The notes below the pieces were generated by a model that worked only from the letters and a program-made list of their open reading frames with translations, had not been told where the DNA came from and did not search any database. Below are positions 24,994 to 39,857 of a stretch of DNA of 64,000 bases, one piece after another. Origin of the DNA: Octopus vulgaris (taxonomy: Eukaryota); the NCBI GenBank assembly GCA_951406725.2, contig OX597822.1, positions 13,950,001 to 14,014,000 of the forward strand, read 5' to 3'. The stretch's first letter is position 1; every line of letters starts with the position of its first letter. The position numbers and the translations under genes are program-made.

Positions 24994-26317
24994 GATTGAT
25001 GTATATATATATATCCGTGCGTGTATACATAATTATACGTTATAAAACTTTCGTATCCTATATATCATATCTAAATTTGTCTCTCTCCGGCTTTTCTCCT
25101 TTCAGACTCGTACGCTGTTATTCGCCATTATTTATTCATCAAGGTAAATGAAACTCCTACTTACTTTCTCTGGCATGTATGGACGTTTGTATGTCTGTTC
25201 ATATCATAGTGTGTGTGTGTGTGTGTGTAGGGATGTGTCCACTTTTTCCTATGTGTGTGTGTGCAAATATAGGCGTGTGTTAGTAACTTTTTTTTCTTTT
25301 GTGCTTTCTCTATTCAATTTAGTCTATTTTTACACAGACCAAATATTATCATTGCTTATTGAGTATCAAATAATTCTGTCTGTCGATTTTCAAAGTATTC
25401 CACAAATTGATCAAATCTTACACGAAAGGTCCGCCATATTTCTCCTGTGTTCTTTCCTTGTTACGACATATATGGAAGGGCACGCGAACGACGGGCGCAC
25501 ATACACACATACATATACACATATGCATATGTGTAGACTGATATGTACGCCTGCATATTCCTATATACATAAACACTTATATACATACATGTTATAGATG
25601 ATATATAGACAGGTATTATAGACCCATTATACATAGAACCTGAATAAAACAAGATAGCATGCGAGTCTTAAGATATAAACTGCCGACCTAAGCACACCAT
25701 CGTCCTTATTGCTCTTAGAACTAAGAGCAATAAGAACGATGGTCATGTTCTCGCGGTGAATACTAACAGGTTCTGTCTCTGACTAATGTTCACTACAAAC
25801 TTTGAAGTACCACCGGGTTATCCTGGACATTGTTGTCTTGTTGCTACCCGCAACAGTCCCCAGTTCCAGAGTCACACTCAAACAACCCTGACGCCTTACA
25901 CAAATTTCCACCATGGACAGACGGATGGCGCGGATCTCCTACACAGTCACTCCATCATTATCTTCGTCGTCGTCATCCTCATCATCATCACCATCATCAC
26001 CATCGGGTTGAATTTGCTTGGATGCACGCAATCCAGATCCTCCAACCATTTTCATCATTCATGTCACGTGATTGTTCCTCCCGGTGACACCCAGTGTTAC
26101 CTCTTATTGACGCTTGTCTCCGAAAGACAACTCATAAAGTTCACCGCTAGCTCTCCACTGCGCACGTGACATTGTGCTGACATCTGTTGGTGCGCTACAG
26201 AACTAGTTCGGGAACTTTTTCATACCACCTATATATGTAATAAATTAACAAGTATATCTATCTATCTATCTATCTATTTGTCGAGATGATAGATTGATAG
26301 ATAGATAGACAGACAGG

Positions 26318-26419
<102 letters not shown>

Positions 26420-26668
26420 CGTAGGTAGGTAGGTAGGTAGGTAGTGTGTCTTGACACGCTCTGTGTTATACCACGTCACATGTTCCGCTGTCACACATTC
26501 AGATCCACTGATCTGTTAGGTTCTTGTGCATTCCCCCTCGTTCCAGATTTCATGTATTTAGGGGTAGATATCCCCCTTTCTTGCATAATCCTTGGATTCA
26601 CCCACACAATATCGCTGGTCGGTGTAAACCAAGGGCCAGTATAGGGCTACTACCGCCATACACTACAG

Positions 26669-27113
26669 CAGGTGTTCCCAACCGGGGTCCACAGAAACTT
26701 TAAAGGGTTTCATGAGTTAATAATTGTAATTTGTGGGTCCATATATAAATGTTGCTTCTTAGGTGAGGTACTCGTATTTATTGAAATTTTCAAGATTTGT
26801 ATTTCGAGTTTATGTTATGAATATAACGAAATTGTTCCATTATTAGTTTTTACTAACCTACAAACTAATATTTTATTTCAAAAGTTTACACTTAGCGGTT
26901 CGGCAAAAAGAGACCGATAGAATAAGTACTGGGCTTACAAAAAGAATAAGTCCCGGGGTCGAGTTGCTCGACTAAAGGCGGTGCTCCAGCATGACCGCAG
27001 TCAAGTGACTGAAACAAGTAAGAGAGTAAAAGAGTATGTGCATATATGGGGTCGGCGGATGATAAGATAGCTCTCAGGGGGTCCACAAGCAAAATAAGGT
27101 TGGGAACCCCTTG
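26669..27113. mobile_element. hAT-like MITE with a nested SINE 3' fragment (26890-27030)
   Basis: TIRs CAGGTGTTCCCAACC / GGTTGGGAACCCCTTG. 8-bp TSD cactacag / cgctacaa (6 of 8 match). Confidence 0.75.
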
Positions 27114-28005
27114 CGCTACAACATTCGTGATTCCATACGTAAGCTAGATATGGGGAGTGGGGTTCACGAAGGGAAGCGACTGACCCTCCCCGCGGGATGT
27201 CATTCCTTTTCCTGCATTCTACACCCTCATGTTTATTAAAAAAGAAAAATTGAAGTAGCAATGATCGGATTCGAAACTCCGAATTTTCGACTCGTAAGAT
27301 AAGCACAAATACCGCACCGTTACCACATAACAACTATAACGACACATTGAAGAATCGTTTCAGTCAAAGGAATCGACCCCAGTACTTGCCTGTGAGCCTG
27401 GTGCTTATTCTATTAACCCCTGATTCCAAACCGCTAATAATACGGGGACGGACATAAACGAGCCGACACCGGTAGTGGGCGAGAAACACAAAGAAAAAGA
27501 CACACAAACACACACACGCAACAGACACACACATACACTCATACATACATACATACATACATACATACATACATACATACATACATACATACATGCATGC
27601 ATATATACACACACACACACACACACATACATACATAATTACATACATGCATACATACATACATACATACATACATACATAATTACATACATACATACAT
27701 ACATACATGCATGCATACATACACACACACACATACATTCATAATTACATACATACATACATACATGCATGCATACATACACGCACACACATACATACAT
27801 ACATACATACATACATACATACATACATACATAATTACATACATACATACATACATACATGCATACATGCATACTTATATACATAGGAAAGATTCGTTAC
27901 CAGGGTAGCCAAAATACTTCCAAGGAGAAGTGAGACGTGGTTTCGAGGATATAAGAGAGATGGAAAATGGATTTAAATAACATCTTGTGCGTTTGTCTCC
28001 ATTTT

Positions 28006-28046
<41 letters not shown>

Positions 28047-28101
28047 TCTCTCTCTCTGTATATATACACACACACACACACACATATATATACACACATA
28101 C

Positions 28102-28138
<37 letters not shown>

Positions 28139-28622
28139 CACACACATATATATATATATACATACGACGGGATTCGTTCAGTTTCCGCCTACCATTTTTA
28201 CTCACAAAGCTTTGGTCGGGCCGATGCAACAGCAGGACAAAATCGTCCAAGGTGCCAAGCAATGAGACTGAACCCAGAACTATGTTGCTGGGGAAAAGAC
28301 TTCTTACTACAGACCCACGCTTTTACTTCTTTCTTTTCTTTTTTTTTATGTATTGTATTTCAAGATTTGTTTACTGAAATCAGGAAATAAAGTTTGTTTT
28401 TGCTTTATTGTTTTTCTCTTAATTAGTGCTAAATTACAGTGTTATTAAATAGTGTGTTAGGACCAATGACATGAATGAACGTGGAAGTGTTGCTATTGGA
28501 AACGGGTGGGAGAGGGTGTTGTTGTTGTTAAACCGAATGTACTTGTATGCGTGTGAGCGTGCGAGTGTGTGCATGTTGGCCCATCTGTGGAGGAATCTAT
28601 CTCTATATATGTGTGTATGTAT

Positions 28623-28667
<45 letters not shown>

Positions 28668-28747
28668 CATATATGTATACATATATGTATATATACATAC
28701 ATATATGTATATATATATATGTATATATATACATATATATACATATG

Positions 28748-28793
<46 letters not shown>

Positions 28794-28891
28794 CATACAA
28801 ACTTACGAACATGCATCTACATATAGATACATTTATTTGTATGTATGTTTCTGTATGTATGTATATATATACATACATACTTGCAAAAATG

Positions 28892-28924
<33 letters not shown>

Positions 28925-28936
28925 ATTCATGCATGC

Positions 28937-29010
<74 letters not shown>

Positions 29011-29016
29011 ATTATT

Positions 29017-29064
<48 letters not shown>

Positions 29065-29198
29065 CATCCATACATACACATATTTATGTGTCTGTGTGCG
29101 TGTATATATATATATACATATACATACATACATGCAAACATGCATGTATATATATATATATGTCTTTTTCTCTGTCTATCTTTCTCCTTCTCACTCAC

Positions 29199-29284
<86 letters not shown>

Positions 29285-29287
<3 letters not shown>

Positions 29288-29471
29288 GTGACCGCGTGTG
29301 TACCGTTGGCGATTTTTTCCCCTTCTCTGGATCTTTCCTTCTCCTATGTTTCCGACGAAGAGCTCCGCTCGAAACGTTAAGCCCTCCTTCTTTCCTGAGC
29401 GTCCAATAATACTATATTTGTTCCATGTCCTCGCGTTGTTGTGTTTTCTCTTTGTGTTTTCATGTTTGGAT

Positions 29472-29475
<4 letters not shown>
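29285..29475 (+). mobile_element. Penelope-related short element family A, hammerhead motif at 29348-29382
   Basis: Near-identical to 10322-10510 and embedded in (TA)n. Confidence 0.7.
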
Positions 29476-29508
<33 letters not shown>

Positions 29509-30046
29509 TTGCAGTGACACACACACGTATACATAAATATACTCACATACGCGTACCTATATATGCGCCTATATGTGCGCACATATATACTTACACACAC
29601 ATGTACTCACATGTTTGTGTGTATATGTATATCCATGATTTTCACAGTATTACCAATATATCTATGCATCAATCTCTCTATCTGCGTCTTCTTTTATATA
29701 GACACGCATATATATATACGCACACGCACACGCACACCCACGCGGACGCACGCATGTGTATGTGTGTGAAGTCTTGTATATTTTCTACGTTAAAAGCTCA
29801 TTAGCCTCTTGTCAACCACGCCACTCTCTTTCCCACAACCTCTCTCAGTGTTTCCACATACCCGATTTAATTACCCTTAATTACCACTATAATGTTACCA
29901 CCCAAATTATTCCAGCCAATTTTCTAAAAGCAGAAAAAAGCGAAAATTAGAAAGACAGGACGAAGGAAAATTACGAAAGCGAAAATTGCAAATAAACAAC
30001 AAAAATTAAAATAGTTACAACAACAACAACAATAGTAATAAAAATT

Positions 30047-30077
<31 letters not shown>

Positions 30078-30221
30078 CATCATGAGAGTTTTAGAATGTG
30101 AAATAATCGCTTATAAGAGCAGTGAATCTCGAAGCAAAGAAAGCCTTCCAATGGGTTTTCAGTCCAATATTGTACTGTTTATTAGCTGTTTCGAAATTCC
30201 CCATCCCTAAAATCGATTAAC

Positions 30222-30279
<58 letters not shown>

Positions 30280-30415
30280 TGATGATGATGATGATAACAA
30301 CGTGAACATTTAAACAACCACCTGGTTTAATACCACCACCCCTGGCACATACACACACACACACACAAACACACAAATGCATACAGGTTCGTTGATGCAA
30401 ACAGGTGGTAAAATA

Positions 30416-30640
30416 TTGGGTTGTCCGGAAAGTTCGTGCCGATTTTTAAAGGAAAGAAAAAGGTCAATAAATACTTGCCATTACATTTTTAATCAACCAA
30501 ATATGGACCATTTTGTTACACAATGCATCTCCATCTTTCCTTTAACTTGATAATTACCTCTTTGCAGAATTGAGGTTCGTGAGAGGGTGAGTCGAAAGGT
30601 GAGCTACTATAAATCGGCACGAACTTTCCGGACTACCTAA
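30416..30640. mobile_element. mariner-derived MITE (internally deleted)
   Basis: ~30 bp TIRs TTGGGTTGTCCGGAAAGTTCGTGCCGATTT / AAATCGGCACGAACTTTCCGGACTACCTAA, with TA on both sides. Confidence 0.9.
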
Positions 30641-32197
30641 TAGAACTCAAGATATGAGTGTATATACATTTTTGTTATTAATGGCTGAAGTAACAGAGTA
30701 ACTTAGGGGCCAAGAGTTTCGTGCGTTGGTATAAGTTTGCTAAGTGCTAACCCACTAAACTCACGGCCCTTGAGACCCTCTTTTACTTCTGATAACAATT
30801 AATAAAAAATATATATATATATGTACATATATGCATCTGTATGTATACATATACGTACGTACACATTTGCATGCAGTTTCAGAACGTAAAATAGTGAATG
30901 TAAATTGTATTAAAAATAATGAAAGTAAATTGCGATAGAAAACGAAAATGGTGACAATGATATTCCATAATTTTATGGAAATAATGCATGTGACACAATC
31001 AATGTATGGAATGTACACAAATTGAATATAAGAAAATTGTACACATATTTTGTATAAGATGGAAACAATCACATCTGCTACGATTTCGGACGTAAACTGC
31101 AAGCTATCCCGCATGCATACCTATAAGCATCGCACAATAATATAAATATTTTAGCACATTGTTTTAATGAGAGTTCCAGCTAGTAAAGAGAGTACAAGGT
31201 GAAATTTGAAACTACATTTTCTAATTGCCATCATCCAAGATTAACCAGTATTGTTATCAACAATATTATTTTTATACCATTTTTATTTTTATACCATTCC
31301 AAGGCGGCAAGCTAGCAGAATCGTTAGCACGATGGCAGAAATGCTTAGCAGCATTACGTCTGTCTTTACGTTCTGAGTTCAAATTCCATCCTTTTGGGCG
31401 TCGATAAATTAAGTACCAGTTGCGCACTGGAGTCAATGTTCTCGACTAGTCCCCGCCTCCCAAATTTCGGGAGTTGTCTCTATAATGGCAAGGATTATTT
31501 AGATACGATTCTGTGTAGTATATCTCAAGGGTCCATCCTCGAAAGGTGTCCTTGATATATCAGTAATTCTTTATTGGAGACGTTCCTAGTCATTCATTCA
31601 TTTCGGGAATGCTGTATTCATCCTCCAAGAACTTTCTCAGAACACAACGTAGAGACAGAAAAGCAGAATAAAGAGACAAATAAACTAAACAGAGAGACTA
31701 AAGAGAGACTAACCGCCTTGACTGGTACTTCATTTATCGACCACGATAAGATAAAATCAGATTTGACGTCAACAAAAATTGAACTGACATACGTAGAACA
31801 ATCGTATGTGCGTCTGTATAAAGATATATAAATATGTTTGTGTGTGTGTGAGTGTGAGAAAGAGAGAGAGAGAGAGGGAGGGCGGGTGTGTAAATATATG
31901 TGTGTGTATATATATTTATCTAATTCATATATTTATATATATATACATGTATGTATGGGTGGGCGCCTTTGTGATTAATTTTGTTACTTATATGTGTGTG
32001 AATTTGTGTTAAAGTGTAATCATAAAGTCTTTGTTTGTGCAAGTGTGTGTGTATGTGAGTGTGTATCATAATTAAATATCCTACTGACTCTCTCTATGTA
32101 TAATCTCAACGCCCAACTTCAACTTCGACCTGCGCAAGGTTAAATAGATGGGCATTTTTTCTTTACTATACTCAATCTTATGTGTTGATATATACGT

Positions 32198-32235
<38 letters not shown>

Positions 32236-32321
32236 GTGTGTGTAAATACATATACATACATATGTACATACATATACATATCAATATATATATATGTGTG
32301 TGTGTGTGCATGTATATATAT

Positions 32322-32356
<35 letters not shown>

Positions 32357-32834
32357 TTGAGACTGGGATAATTATTACCGTTAAGTATATATGTGTATAT
32401 ATACATATACTGACATATTTGAATGTATGTATGTATGCATGTATGTATGATTGTGTGTATGTATATGTGTGCGTATGTATGTACATAGGTCTGCTTGTAT
32501 GTGTATGTATGAAATATTCTTTTTTCAATCCCCAATATGATTCTCCCGTATACCTCTAATGCTTTATTGATAGAATATTCTATGTGATCTCTTCTCGTTT
32601 TTTTTTTTTTTTTATATTCTACTCTTCAAAGTTTAATAAATACCACTCGTTGTTTATTGTTGTTGTTGTTGTTTTTATGCTCGTTAATGTAGTTGTTGTT
32701 GCTCTTGTTGTTGTTGTTATTGATCCATTGTTTAGCCAAGTGTGATATATTAGTCATGGCTCGTGTGTTTTATTGGGTGTGGAAGGAATAATTCAGACAT
32801 TATCTGTGTGTTGGCCTTGTATTTTTATTTTATG

Positions 32835-32904
<70 letters not shown>

Positions 32905-33067
32905 GTTATGGAGGGAGGAGGAAAAAAAGTATTATTGAAGGAGAGAGCGAGAAAGAAAGAATTGGAGAATGTGAGAACATATTTCTGCTTATCATTTTAT
33001 GAATATCACGTAGGAAGTAAACTAAAAACTAACTGATGTGTGATGTGTGTGTGTGATAAATGTAGAT

Positions 33068-33135
<68 letters not shown>

Positions 33136-33910
33136 CAGGCACATATAAACATACATACATTCATACATATATAATAAACACCACTCAGGGCACCCAGGGG
33201 CCAGCTGGTGGTGCTAAACAAGACAAATTAAATCTATTACATTACTTCAACTAATTTTCTTTTTATACATTATAAATCCATAATTTTCCTTATAAAATAT
33301 TAACTGTGATATGATTTTCATCCGATTTGCCTTATATTAACGTAACTGCGTGATGAAAAGATAAAATTCAGTATTTTCTCATTATTTCTTTTTTATTTCA
33401 GTTTTATTATTTCCATCGTTTTGTTTCACATTAAAGAAATAAATATAAAAAAAAGGTTCAAAGAGTTATATCCCTTGGAAACTAAGTACAGTTGCCCTCT
33501 CCTTTATTCTTTAATTTTCCCTGAGAGCAATGAATGTCGAAACGTATGCAGCAGTTATATTTATTTAGGTGTGTTTAGTATGTTTGATGTAGCACCATTG
33601 ACAAACAACGATGATATCTCATATCAGCACAAGGAGACATATTTAGTGACGAGTAAAGTGATTTAGTCGATTTAATTGACCGATGTCACTTAACTTACAA
33701 TCATTTTATGTACACCAGAGGTGGAGGATGAAAGACCGAAAATCGATCTACAGAGACACAAACTAAGTTTCGCTACGTATTCAGTGCTGCATTGAGCGAC
33801 TTCTGCTACTCAGCAACGTTTCATAAATAAATGATTACTTCTACAATAAAAGCAACAGCAGCAGCAGCAACACCGCCACCACCACCACCACCACCACCAG
33901 CAACAACAAC

Positions 33911-33948
<38 letters not shown>

Positions 33949-35517
33949 TAATAATGGTCGTGATTTTTTTTTATCGTTTTTAATGACAAGTGCGTTCTGA
34001 CACAACTGACATATGACGGAGTTACCACCTAGCAATAACATAACACAGCCTACGCAGTACATATTCAATGCAGTCACCACTCGGTACTCAGACATAAAAA
34101 TGCAACAGGTGCAGCGCATAAAAAGCGCAATAATCACCGAAACTAGCACAAGCCACACAGCGCATACTCTACACAAGCGTCACCCGACGCTAAAATACAT
34201 ATAGGGAAATACAATCACTGCCCAACGAAATATGAAAGCGATTGTTGACGTCATAAGAATTTTAACAAACTATCGAGCGAACAAGAAATAATTCCTATTT
34301 GGAAGTGTAGCTCTCGAAACACATAAAGACAGCTTTCGCTTTTCCTTTCCGAAAGGTTTTTACAGCGGTACATCCTCATGCGATTATTATTAGCTTTATA
34401 TGCTTCGGAATCCACTGTTCCAAAATATAAAAATGATTGCTTTATTTGTCATGTTCAACTTTGCTTTTTACTCTTCTGGGAGGGGGGTCGATAAATAAAG
34501 TATCGGCCATGTAGTGAGATTAATTTCTCTCTTTCTCTCAATGTCTTTATTCAGCTCTCTCTCTCTCTTTCTCTTTATTTTGCTCTCAACGTTGCACTGT
34601 TTCAAGATTGCGGGGTCCCTCTCACGAGCTTCTTTTCTCGAAGAACTTAGGGAAGCCGAAACAGGATGCTATCAGCCACTTCTCGTCTCAAGTGCTGCAA
34701 ACACTGTCCAACGGAGCTTGGTGTTCTTTCTAGAGTAATATAAGATTTAAATTCTCCTGAGACAATATCAAAAGAAATGGATTTACTGGTGGTGAATACA
34801 GAGATTAGAATGGACGGAATATTGAGGAAACATTTCCACCAAAATTTGCTGTGGTTTGGATTACAAGTACGGGAGTCGGCTGCTCTGCAATTTTGAACAT
34901 TGCTTTTGAAATAAATGCGGAGCAAAATATGTGGTTAAAATAGACGCAGAAATGGGGTTCAGTCCCTCTGTCAAGCACCTTAGGCAAGTGTCTTCTACTC
35001 TAGCCCCCGACCGACCAATGTCTTGTGAGTGAATTTGGTAGACGGAAACTTTGTAGAAGGCTATTGTGTGTGTGCGTGCGTGTGTGTGTCGCCGTCATCA
35101 CTGTATGGCAATTGATTTATTTCGTTTACCCTCCCCCCGTAACTTAATGTTTCGGTAAAAAGAGACAAATATAATAAATAACAGAATTAAAAAAAAATAA
35201 TCAAGGAGGTCGGTTTGTTCGACTAAAACCTGCAAGGCGGTGCCCCAGTATGGCCGCAGTCCAATGACTGAAATAAATAAATCTTTAATAGACGATTTCG
35301 AAACCTGAAGTTTCCCTTCGCAGCTGTATAAATTCCCATTTATACCAACAATTATTTTTACGATTAGATATGTTAGGAAATGTCTAAGCGTTAATCGTGA
35401 AAAGTTGGGATTAACAGGCAAAGAAAGTAATCAGCTTAGCAAACATTTTATGAATATAAACCGGAAGCACAATTGTAAAAAGACGCACAAGATTTTCTTC
35501 AGTTCTATATATAAGTA

Positions 35518-35745
35518 CAGAGTGTCCAAAAAGTCTCACCTCAGTGAAATTTTTTCATCCTGCGCATGTATTTCCAAATAAATGTACAAGAGTCAGCTTA
35601 TATATTGAAAATGAAGGACGAGACTTGTAAACACCTCTTATAAAGTTTGTAAAGTCTAGTATATTATTTAGTAGGCTTATACCATCTCATAAATATTTAT
35701 TTTGCAATAAAACACTTACTGCGGAGTGACTTTTTGAACACCGTG
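35518..35745. mobile_element. Tc1/mariner-like MITE, diverged
   Basis: Imperfect TIRs CAGAGTGTCCAAAAAGTC / GACTTTTTGAACACCGTG, with TA on the left. Confidence 0.6.
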
Positions 35746-36049
35746 TTTAATCGTTTTTGTGATCCAAATTTTAGCGAGGGATCTTAGCATTTGTAAAAGA
35801 CCAGATTCAACTCAGGGAAGAGAATTTAAATAATCAATACAGATAAGGTATACATACATACATACATACGTACGTACGTACACACACATATTCGTACATA
35901 CGTACGCTCAGGCCAGCAATTATGGGAGAGGTGGGGATGAGTCGATTACATTGACCCCCCTCCCACGAAAGGGCGAAAGGCAAAGTGTCGACCTCGGCAG
36001 AATTTGAACACGGAACGTAAAGATATAAATATATGTGTGTGTGTAGACG

Positions 36050-36099
<50 letters not shown>

Positions 36100-36102
<3 letters not shown>

Positions 36103-36328
36103 TTTTATTGCCCACAGGGCTAAACATAGAGGGAACAAGCAAGGACAGACAAAGGGATTAAGTCGATTATATCGTTCCCAGTGCGTAACTAGTACTTATT
36201 TAATCGACCCCGAAAGGATGAAAAGCGAAGTCGAACTCGGTGGAATTTGAACACAGAACGTAACGGCAGATGAAATATCGATAAACATTTCGCCCGGCGT
36301 GCTAACGATTCTGCCAGCTCACCGCCCT
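36100..36328 (-). mobile_element. SINE family 1
   Basis: Similarity to the other family 1 copies. Confidence 0.85.
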
Positions 36329-36418
36329 AAGCATATATATATATACACACACACATATATATATATGTATATGTATGTGTATATATATATATATATATAT
36401 ACACACAGATACATATAC

Positions 36419-36450
<32 letters not shown>

Positions 36451-37244
36451 ATACATACGCACATTTATGCATATAAGTACGGATAGCTGTCTTCCTCAGT
36501 GTATGTATGGTTGCGTAAGTGACAGACACAAAGAGAGAGAGGTGGCGCCGAGACAGAGTTTGACAGAGAGAGACAAAGGCGTGGGCTTGTACGAAAGTAT
36601 TAGAGTGTGAGCAGGTAACACACGTAGAAAGAAAGCGTAAATGAAAGAGAGAGAGGGGGGAGGGAGAGAGCTCTCACAATCAAGTCTTTAACTGTGTGGT
36701 GTGAATGGTGTTAAATTAGCCCAGATATTTAGCGCAGTTTTACGGTTTAAAAAACTCAGTTTTTACGTAGAATGAGGCAGTGAATGACACAGCGTTTTCA
36801 TTTGACATTTTCTTTTTGTCCTTCCGTCCTTCCTGGCTTTGTGTGTGTGTGTGCGTGCGTGTGTAAACTAATTTTCCAGTAAGAACATTCTGCGCTTTTG
36901 ATAGCAGAGCTTCCGGACTACGCTAGAGCTGGTTTGAATATTCCCAGGTACGAGACGACACACTTGTACAAAAGAGAACGCTTAGTTATTCGAATGCCAC
37001 GCCTGCCTGCAGACACGCGAACAATTAATACAATTGTATGTAATCACAGTCACAGTAACACACACACACACACACACATACACACACACACATGTATATA
37101 TATTTATATATGTATATGTGTGTGTGTATATATATATATGTGCGTGTATGTGGATATGTGTCTGTGTATATGTATATATATATGTGAGTGTGTCTGTATT
37201 TGTGTGTGTGGGTGGGTGGGTGTATGTGTGTGTAAGAGAGAGGT

Positions 37245-37505
37245 GAGGTGCGTAGCCTAGTGATTTTATTATTAGGTGCGTAGCCTAGTGGTTAGGGTGT
37301 TGCACTCACGAGCGCGAGATCGCAGTTTCAATTCCTGGACCGGATGGGACTTTGTGTTCTTGAGCAAAACACTTCATCCCACGTTGCTGCCCTGCGATCA
37401 CTTTCACACCTGAAGTGTGGCACACCGTTCACCTGTTCAGGTAACGTTGATTTGATGGAGTGAGGGAGCAAATGTACAGCACATACATTTGATCATTGTA
37501 AACAC
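37245..37505 (+). mobile_element. tRNA-derived SINE with duplicated 5' head
   Basis: AGGTGCGTAGCCTAGTG occurs twice, followed by a tRNA-like body and TTGAGCAAAACACTT. Confidence 0.7.
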
Positions 37506-37532
37506 ACCTGGATATTGTGGAAAACAATAATT

Positions 37533-38130
37533 GATAATGTAAAGTATAGAAGCCATCTTATCATGGCTAACCACATTGGGGAGGGGGTGTTACTGTAGCT
37601 TTATAGCCCCAAGAGATCTTCGTCTCAAGCTGGCTTTAGACACAATATCAGTGTGCTTGGAGTATTTGCAAAGGGAGGCCATCCCTTCCTCGCAAGCCTG
37701 AGTGATACGCTCGAACTAGTTTCGGGATTGTTGTCCCTCGTCAACGGGCGGTAACCACCAGGTAGCGATGAAAGTGAAGGCTTCTTTGCAAATTATATAT
37801 AAGTTTTTCTAATGGCGTCTGCCACTTTTCGACATGAGTGGCAGACGCCATTAGAAAAACTTATATATAATTTGCAAAGAAGCCTTCACTTTCATCGCTA
37901 CCTGGTGGTTACCGCCCGTTGACGAGGGACAACAATGCCGAAACTAGTTCGAGCGTATCACTCAGGCTTGCGAGGAAGGGATGGCCTCCCTTTGCAAATA
38001 CTCCAAGCACACTGATATTGTGTCTAAAGCCAGCTTGAGACGAAGATCTCTTGGGGCTATAAAGCTACAGTAACACCCCCTCCCCAATGTGGTTAGCCAT
38101 GATAAGATGGCTTCTATACGTTACATTATC
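37533..38130. repeat. Long near-perfect inverted repeat (294 bp arms, 10 nt spacer) of a hammerhead-bearing fragment
   Basis: Arms 37533-37826 and 37837-38130, with two mismatches seen by eye. Confidence 0.95.
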
Positions 38131-38317
38131 GAGCGATTACTGCTTCAATCTCATTTTGAGATTTAATTATGCCAATAATTGATAAATAATTTATTAATTA
38201 TTGTTTTCATTGCATAATTATTTTCAAGATGTCTTTCTGCATTTGTATGAAAGTACTGAGTTGATGAATGGATGTAAACATGATATCGTTTGATCTGAAG
38301 ACATGCAAAATAATTTA

Positions 38318-38360
<43 letters not shown>

Positions 38361-38481
38361 TTCTGTGATGATGGATGTGACACAATCGTAATCATAGGAA
38401 TATCAACTTTATTTTTTATATTCTCCTAATGAAATAATCGTTAATAAATTGGATTTACGGGATTTGAACTGTATTGGACTA

Positions 38482-39540
38482 TAGGGGGAGAATTCACAAA
38501 AAAAAAAGATGAAGAAGTGTGTGTAAACAACAAACAGATGTGTTAGTTTAACGCTCGGGAAGGGAAAAAGTCTTTAACGTTCCGAGCCTACGCTCTTCCA
38601 CAGAAAGAAACAAGGAGAGAAAATAAAGAATGTGTGGTGGCTAGCGATCTATCATGGTAAATGCAGAGCAGAGGGGTCACAGAGGAGAGCTAGGAAGAAG
38701 CGGAGATAATAAAGTAGTGGTGATCCCAAAACGAAGATGCGCGTGTGTGTGTACATATAAGAGAGCATGTATGTGCGTGTGGAAGAGGGTTGGTGACCTT
38801 GACGTGTGCTTGTATGCATGAGTAGGTGTGTAGACGATGGTGTGGCGCTGGGAAGTGGCCAGTGCTAGTGTGTGCGGGGTGGTGTGATGTCATGTGGTGT
38901 TGTGTAGTATGGTGTGGTGGTATGTGGTGTCGTGGTGTGTGGTGGTGTTGGGATATTTGGGAGGCGAGAGTGGGGAAGCAAAGATGGGGTGTGGGTTAGG
39001 TTGAGGGTGGGAGTAGAGGTGGGGTATGTGGGTTATGCTGAGGGTTGGGAAGAGGTGGGGTACGTGGGTTAGGCTGAGGGTGGTGGTAGAGGTTGGGTAT
39101 GTGGGAGTGGGAGTGGGTGTAAGGGATGGATAGGGAAGGTGGGGTTGGATTGTGTAGATTTGGGGTCACGAGGAAGGGAGAGGGGGAAGGGAGAAGATGG
39201 GTAGGAGTGAAGAGAAGAGAGAAGGAGAGTAGGGGTGAAGAGAAGCAGTAGGAGTCGGAGCAAGAGAGGAGAGGTGGGTAGTTGGAAGTAGATGTGAGAG
39301 GGAGAGAGGAGAGGGGAGGGTTAAATGAAGGGGAGAGGGGAGCTGAGCCCATGTGGTGCAAAGGAGCGAAGAGAGAAGATTAATCCCTGTTCACAGCAAA
39401 GACAATCCGAACACAGACAGCTGCTGCAAAGAGTGACCGATAGAGCGGAAATGGCGCGAGACCGGTGTCATTGCCGAGACGGATATCTCGGAGGTGTTCC
39501 GCGAACCGGTCAGCCAAGCGATGTCCCGTTTGCCCGATGA
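38482..39540 (-). mobile_element. Penelope-like retroelement 3' fragment: GIY-YIG endonuclease end, low-complexity UTR and terminal hammerhead variant
   Basis: Minus strand IGQTGHRLADRFAEHLRDIR..VSRHF...GHS...EQGLIFSLRSFAPHGL. Hammerhead-like motif at 38571-38608. Confidence 0.85.
39321..39538 (-). pseudogene. Decayed GIY-YIG endonuclease domain of a Penelope-like element
   Basis: (Y)IGQT.R.L..RF.EH signature, frameshifted. Confidence 0.8.
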
Positions 39541-39721
39541 TAACTATCATTCCAGATTTCCCTTCCTACTCCTTTCCCAGTCTCCGTCGAAACTAACAGA
39601 GACTTCTTTAGTTAGACAAACAGACGGGCAGACGGGCGGACGGACAGACAGATGGACAGGCAGACAGGTAGACAGATACACAGACAGATAAATACATAGA
39701 CAGACTAGCTAGCTAGCTAGC

Positions 39722-39790
<69 letters not shown>

Positions 39791-39802
39791 TGATAGATAG
39801 AT

Positions 39803-39857
<55 letters not shown>

